64,000 bases of DNA from Pseudovirgaria hyperparasitica. Taxonomy: Eukaryota. Made by a program: the position numbers and the translations under genes. Below are positions 61,684-64,000 of the stretch, one piece after another. The DNA is taken from NCBI GenBank assembly GCA_010093815.1, contig ML996571.1; one strand, written 5' to 3'. The notes under the pieces were generated by a model. That model worked only from the letters and a program-made list of their open reading frames with translations, made no database searches and was not told where the DNA came from. Numbering within the stretch: the stretch's first letter is position 1; every line of letters begins with the position of its first letter.

Positions 61684-64000
61684 GCAGGGAAGGAGAGAAA
61701 CGGTTCGAGTCGAGGGTGAGGTTGAGAAAGAGAGAGACGGGATCTCGACAGGATTGATTTCCAATGTAATGTAGGCAGAAGTGCTTTTATCGCCGACGTC
61801 CACGTGACGCGTATATAAATAATACCTAGCACGAAGTCACGAGAACAAGTTTACCTGCCTACTAAGTAATCACCTTCCCAGCCTGACAACCAAGGCACCA
61901 ACCCCCAACCCCCAACCAAGAACGCACGACGCACGCTGCAGGAGCCCTCACCCGGCCAGTTGTTGTCATGGCAGTCAGTACATAGTACATACATGCCTAG
62001 AGTGACGCTCCACAACCCGCCAAGACAAAAACCCGGAAATTCGACCTCCTGCAGCAAAAAAGTCTGCACAGGCAGCAGATGGCAGATGCAGAGATGCGCC
62101 GCCCCCGGCTGCTGCAGGAGTGTGCATTTTGCATTTTGCACTGCTTGGTTAGTTAGTACCTACCTACCTATGTATGTATGTATGTATGTATGCATGGAAT
62201 GATGGAAGGATGATGCGTGTGCCTGCCTGTCCATGACCTGTGCTGTGCTTTGCGGCCCTGATGATTACAATTGTGATTGAGGTGATTAGATGGATAGCTA
62301 GGTAGAAAGGGGGGGGTTTTGCTGCAGACGCGCGGGCAGGCGATTTGGAATGATGCAGATCTGGATTGCGGTCTGCTTGATGCATGGTCTGGGTATGCTG
62401 TGTGATGTGTATGCGATATGCTGTATGATGTTATTCTTCCATGTCCTTTGTTGACTAGCTGCTGCTGCTGCTGCTGCTGCTGTTGTCCTACGTCCTACGT
62501 CCTAATTAAGTCCTACATCCATCGACGTCCTGCCATGACGACAAAGATGCAGACGACATGGACCTAGCGTGGTGTAGTGTTTAATTCCCCTTTGGATATT
62601 ATCTACAAAGCATCTACCAGCCTACGCACGCTTTTCGCAAGCTTCGCCAACTCTGCACCCTCGCACGGCCGGCCGTGCTGAGTTAAGTGTCTGTCTGTTT
62701 GACCTCGCGGGCGGGCCAGTCAGCACATGTGGCCAACGCTCCTGGCTTCCGTAGTTAGTAGTTGTACAGTAGTAGCAGTCAGAGGGTTAAGAAGGTAAAA
62801 AAGCTAGGATGCTGGGAGATGTTGACTGGCCAATGATGGTGCAAGGTTGAGGGGAGAGGATGGACGAGCAGTGTTGGTGCGGCCAGGAAGGTCCCTGTAC
62901 AGTATGTGAAAGACTGAAAATCGATCTGGGCATTGCATTCGAGAAGGTCACGTAATAGTTGTGAGGGAACTAGGTTAATTACTACAGTAGAAGTCAAGCT
63001 AGGAAGGCAGGAAAGCAGGAACGTAGAGCAGGGGATAAGAAGTGAAAAAGGGCACGGCATAATGCACAAACACCGTCAGTGAACGACGTAAGATGTGCGT
63101 TTGACGGAGCTATTAATATCTCTCTCTCTCTGTCTGTGTTCCCACACCCCTGGCCTAAAAAAACATTTCATGACAAGGGGAAGGTAAAGTTAGATGATGG
63201 ACAGGTGGTGTGCACGATGAGGTGGTGGTGTGGTGCCGCGGTGGTGGCGGCGGCGGAGGATTAAAGTTATTTACACAGGAGGCCCGAAAGACGCAGGGCA
63301 AAGAAGGGAACGTGCGTGGCATCCCATCCATCCATCCCATGTGCGCGGACCTGGGCAAAGGAGAGAAAGAGGAAGAAGAAGATGGCCATGTGCATGTGGG
63401 AGGGGGGGGCGTGCAGCAGTTTCAGGTACCATCATCCTGTTCCATTTTATTTCCAGTCCAATCGAGATTTGCTTAGTGTCTTGTCTGCCTGCCTGCTTGT
63501 GTGCATCTGTCGTTTGCTGTTCTTCACAGTCGCTGTCATGACATGCCAAACGTCAGCCAGCTGCCAGCGCATGTCGGTTAATTAGTTAGTGAATCATGAC
63601 AGCACCGCAAGACAAGACAGGAGAAGGCGTCGGAAAAGGGAGCAAAAGGCGGGGCTAAACGTGGCCAATGACGGCGACGGCGAAGAAGAGGTGGAATTGT
63701 GTGCATGAGACGGGGGGCATCACGAGGGAGTGAAGATCTGTTCGAGAAGAAGCTTGGAAGGGCGGGTGTAGGATTAGGAGATGCAGGGCTTTCTTTGGGG
63801 TTGCGCTGGTGGCGTGCTGATGCGGATTTGCTGAATCTGAAGCTGGAGCTTGATGGTGATGTTTGATGATGCTGGTGCCGAAGCCGGCGAACGATGCAGG
63901 GGCGACGTCAGCCAATCAGACGTGCTGTTTGAGGTGTCTCACTAGACATGTTCTGCAGGCCTAGTGATGAGTCAGTAACTTATATGCCAACCTAGCTGGC

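Overview
Eukaryotic, intron-containing DNA from a filamentous ascomycete (Pezizomycotina-type GT-AG introns with CTAAC/CTGAC branch sites). Core-type genes from left to right: 3' end of an acyl-CoA dehydrogenase, D-lactate dehydrogenase, two uncharacterised proteins, a Clr5-domain protein, a Nup2-like FG/RanBP1 nucleoporin, another uncharacterised protein, urease, an HMG-box protein, MRD1 (with a box C/D snoRNA in its second intron), a TEA/ATTS (AbaA/Tec1-type) transcription factor and scytalone dehydratase. An accessory-looking island lies at about 25-40 kb. It holds an OPT/YSL transporter, a frameshifted AsaB/CmcJ-like relic, an NB-ARC-TPR NLR with no effector domain followed by a CorA-like 2-TM gene, intronless F-box and kinase-like genes each preceded by a copy of a ~150-bp RIP-diverged direct repeat, RIP-type AT-rich relics, and a frameshifted nucleotidyltransferase-like gene. 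There is one assembly gap (57841-57921). All calls come from reading the sequence and recalling protein families; no searches were run, and exon boundaries were inferred by eye.
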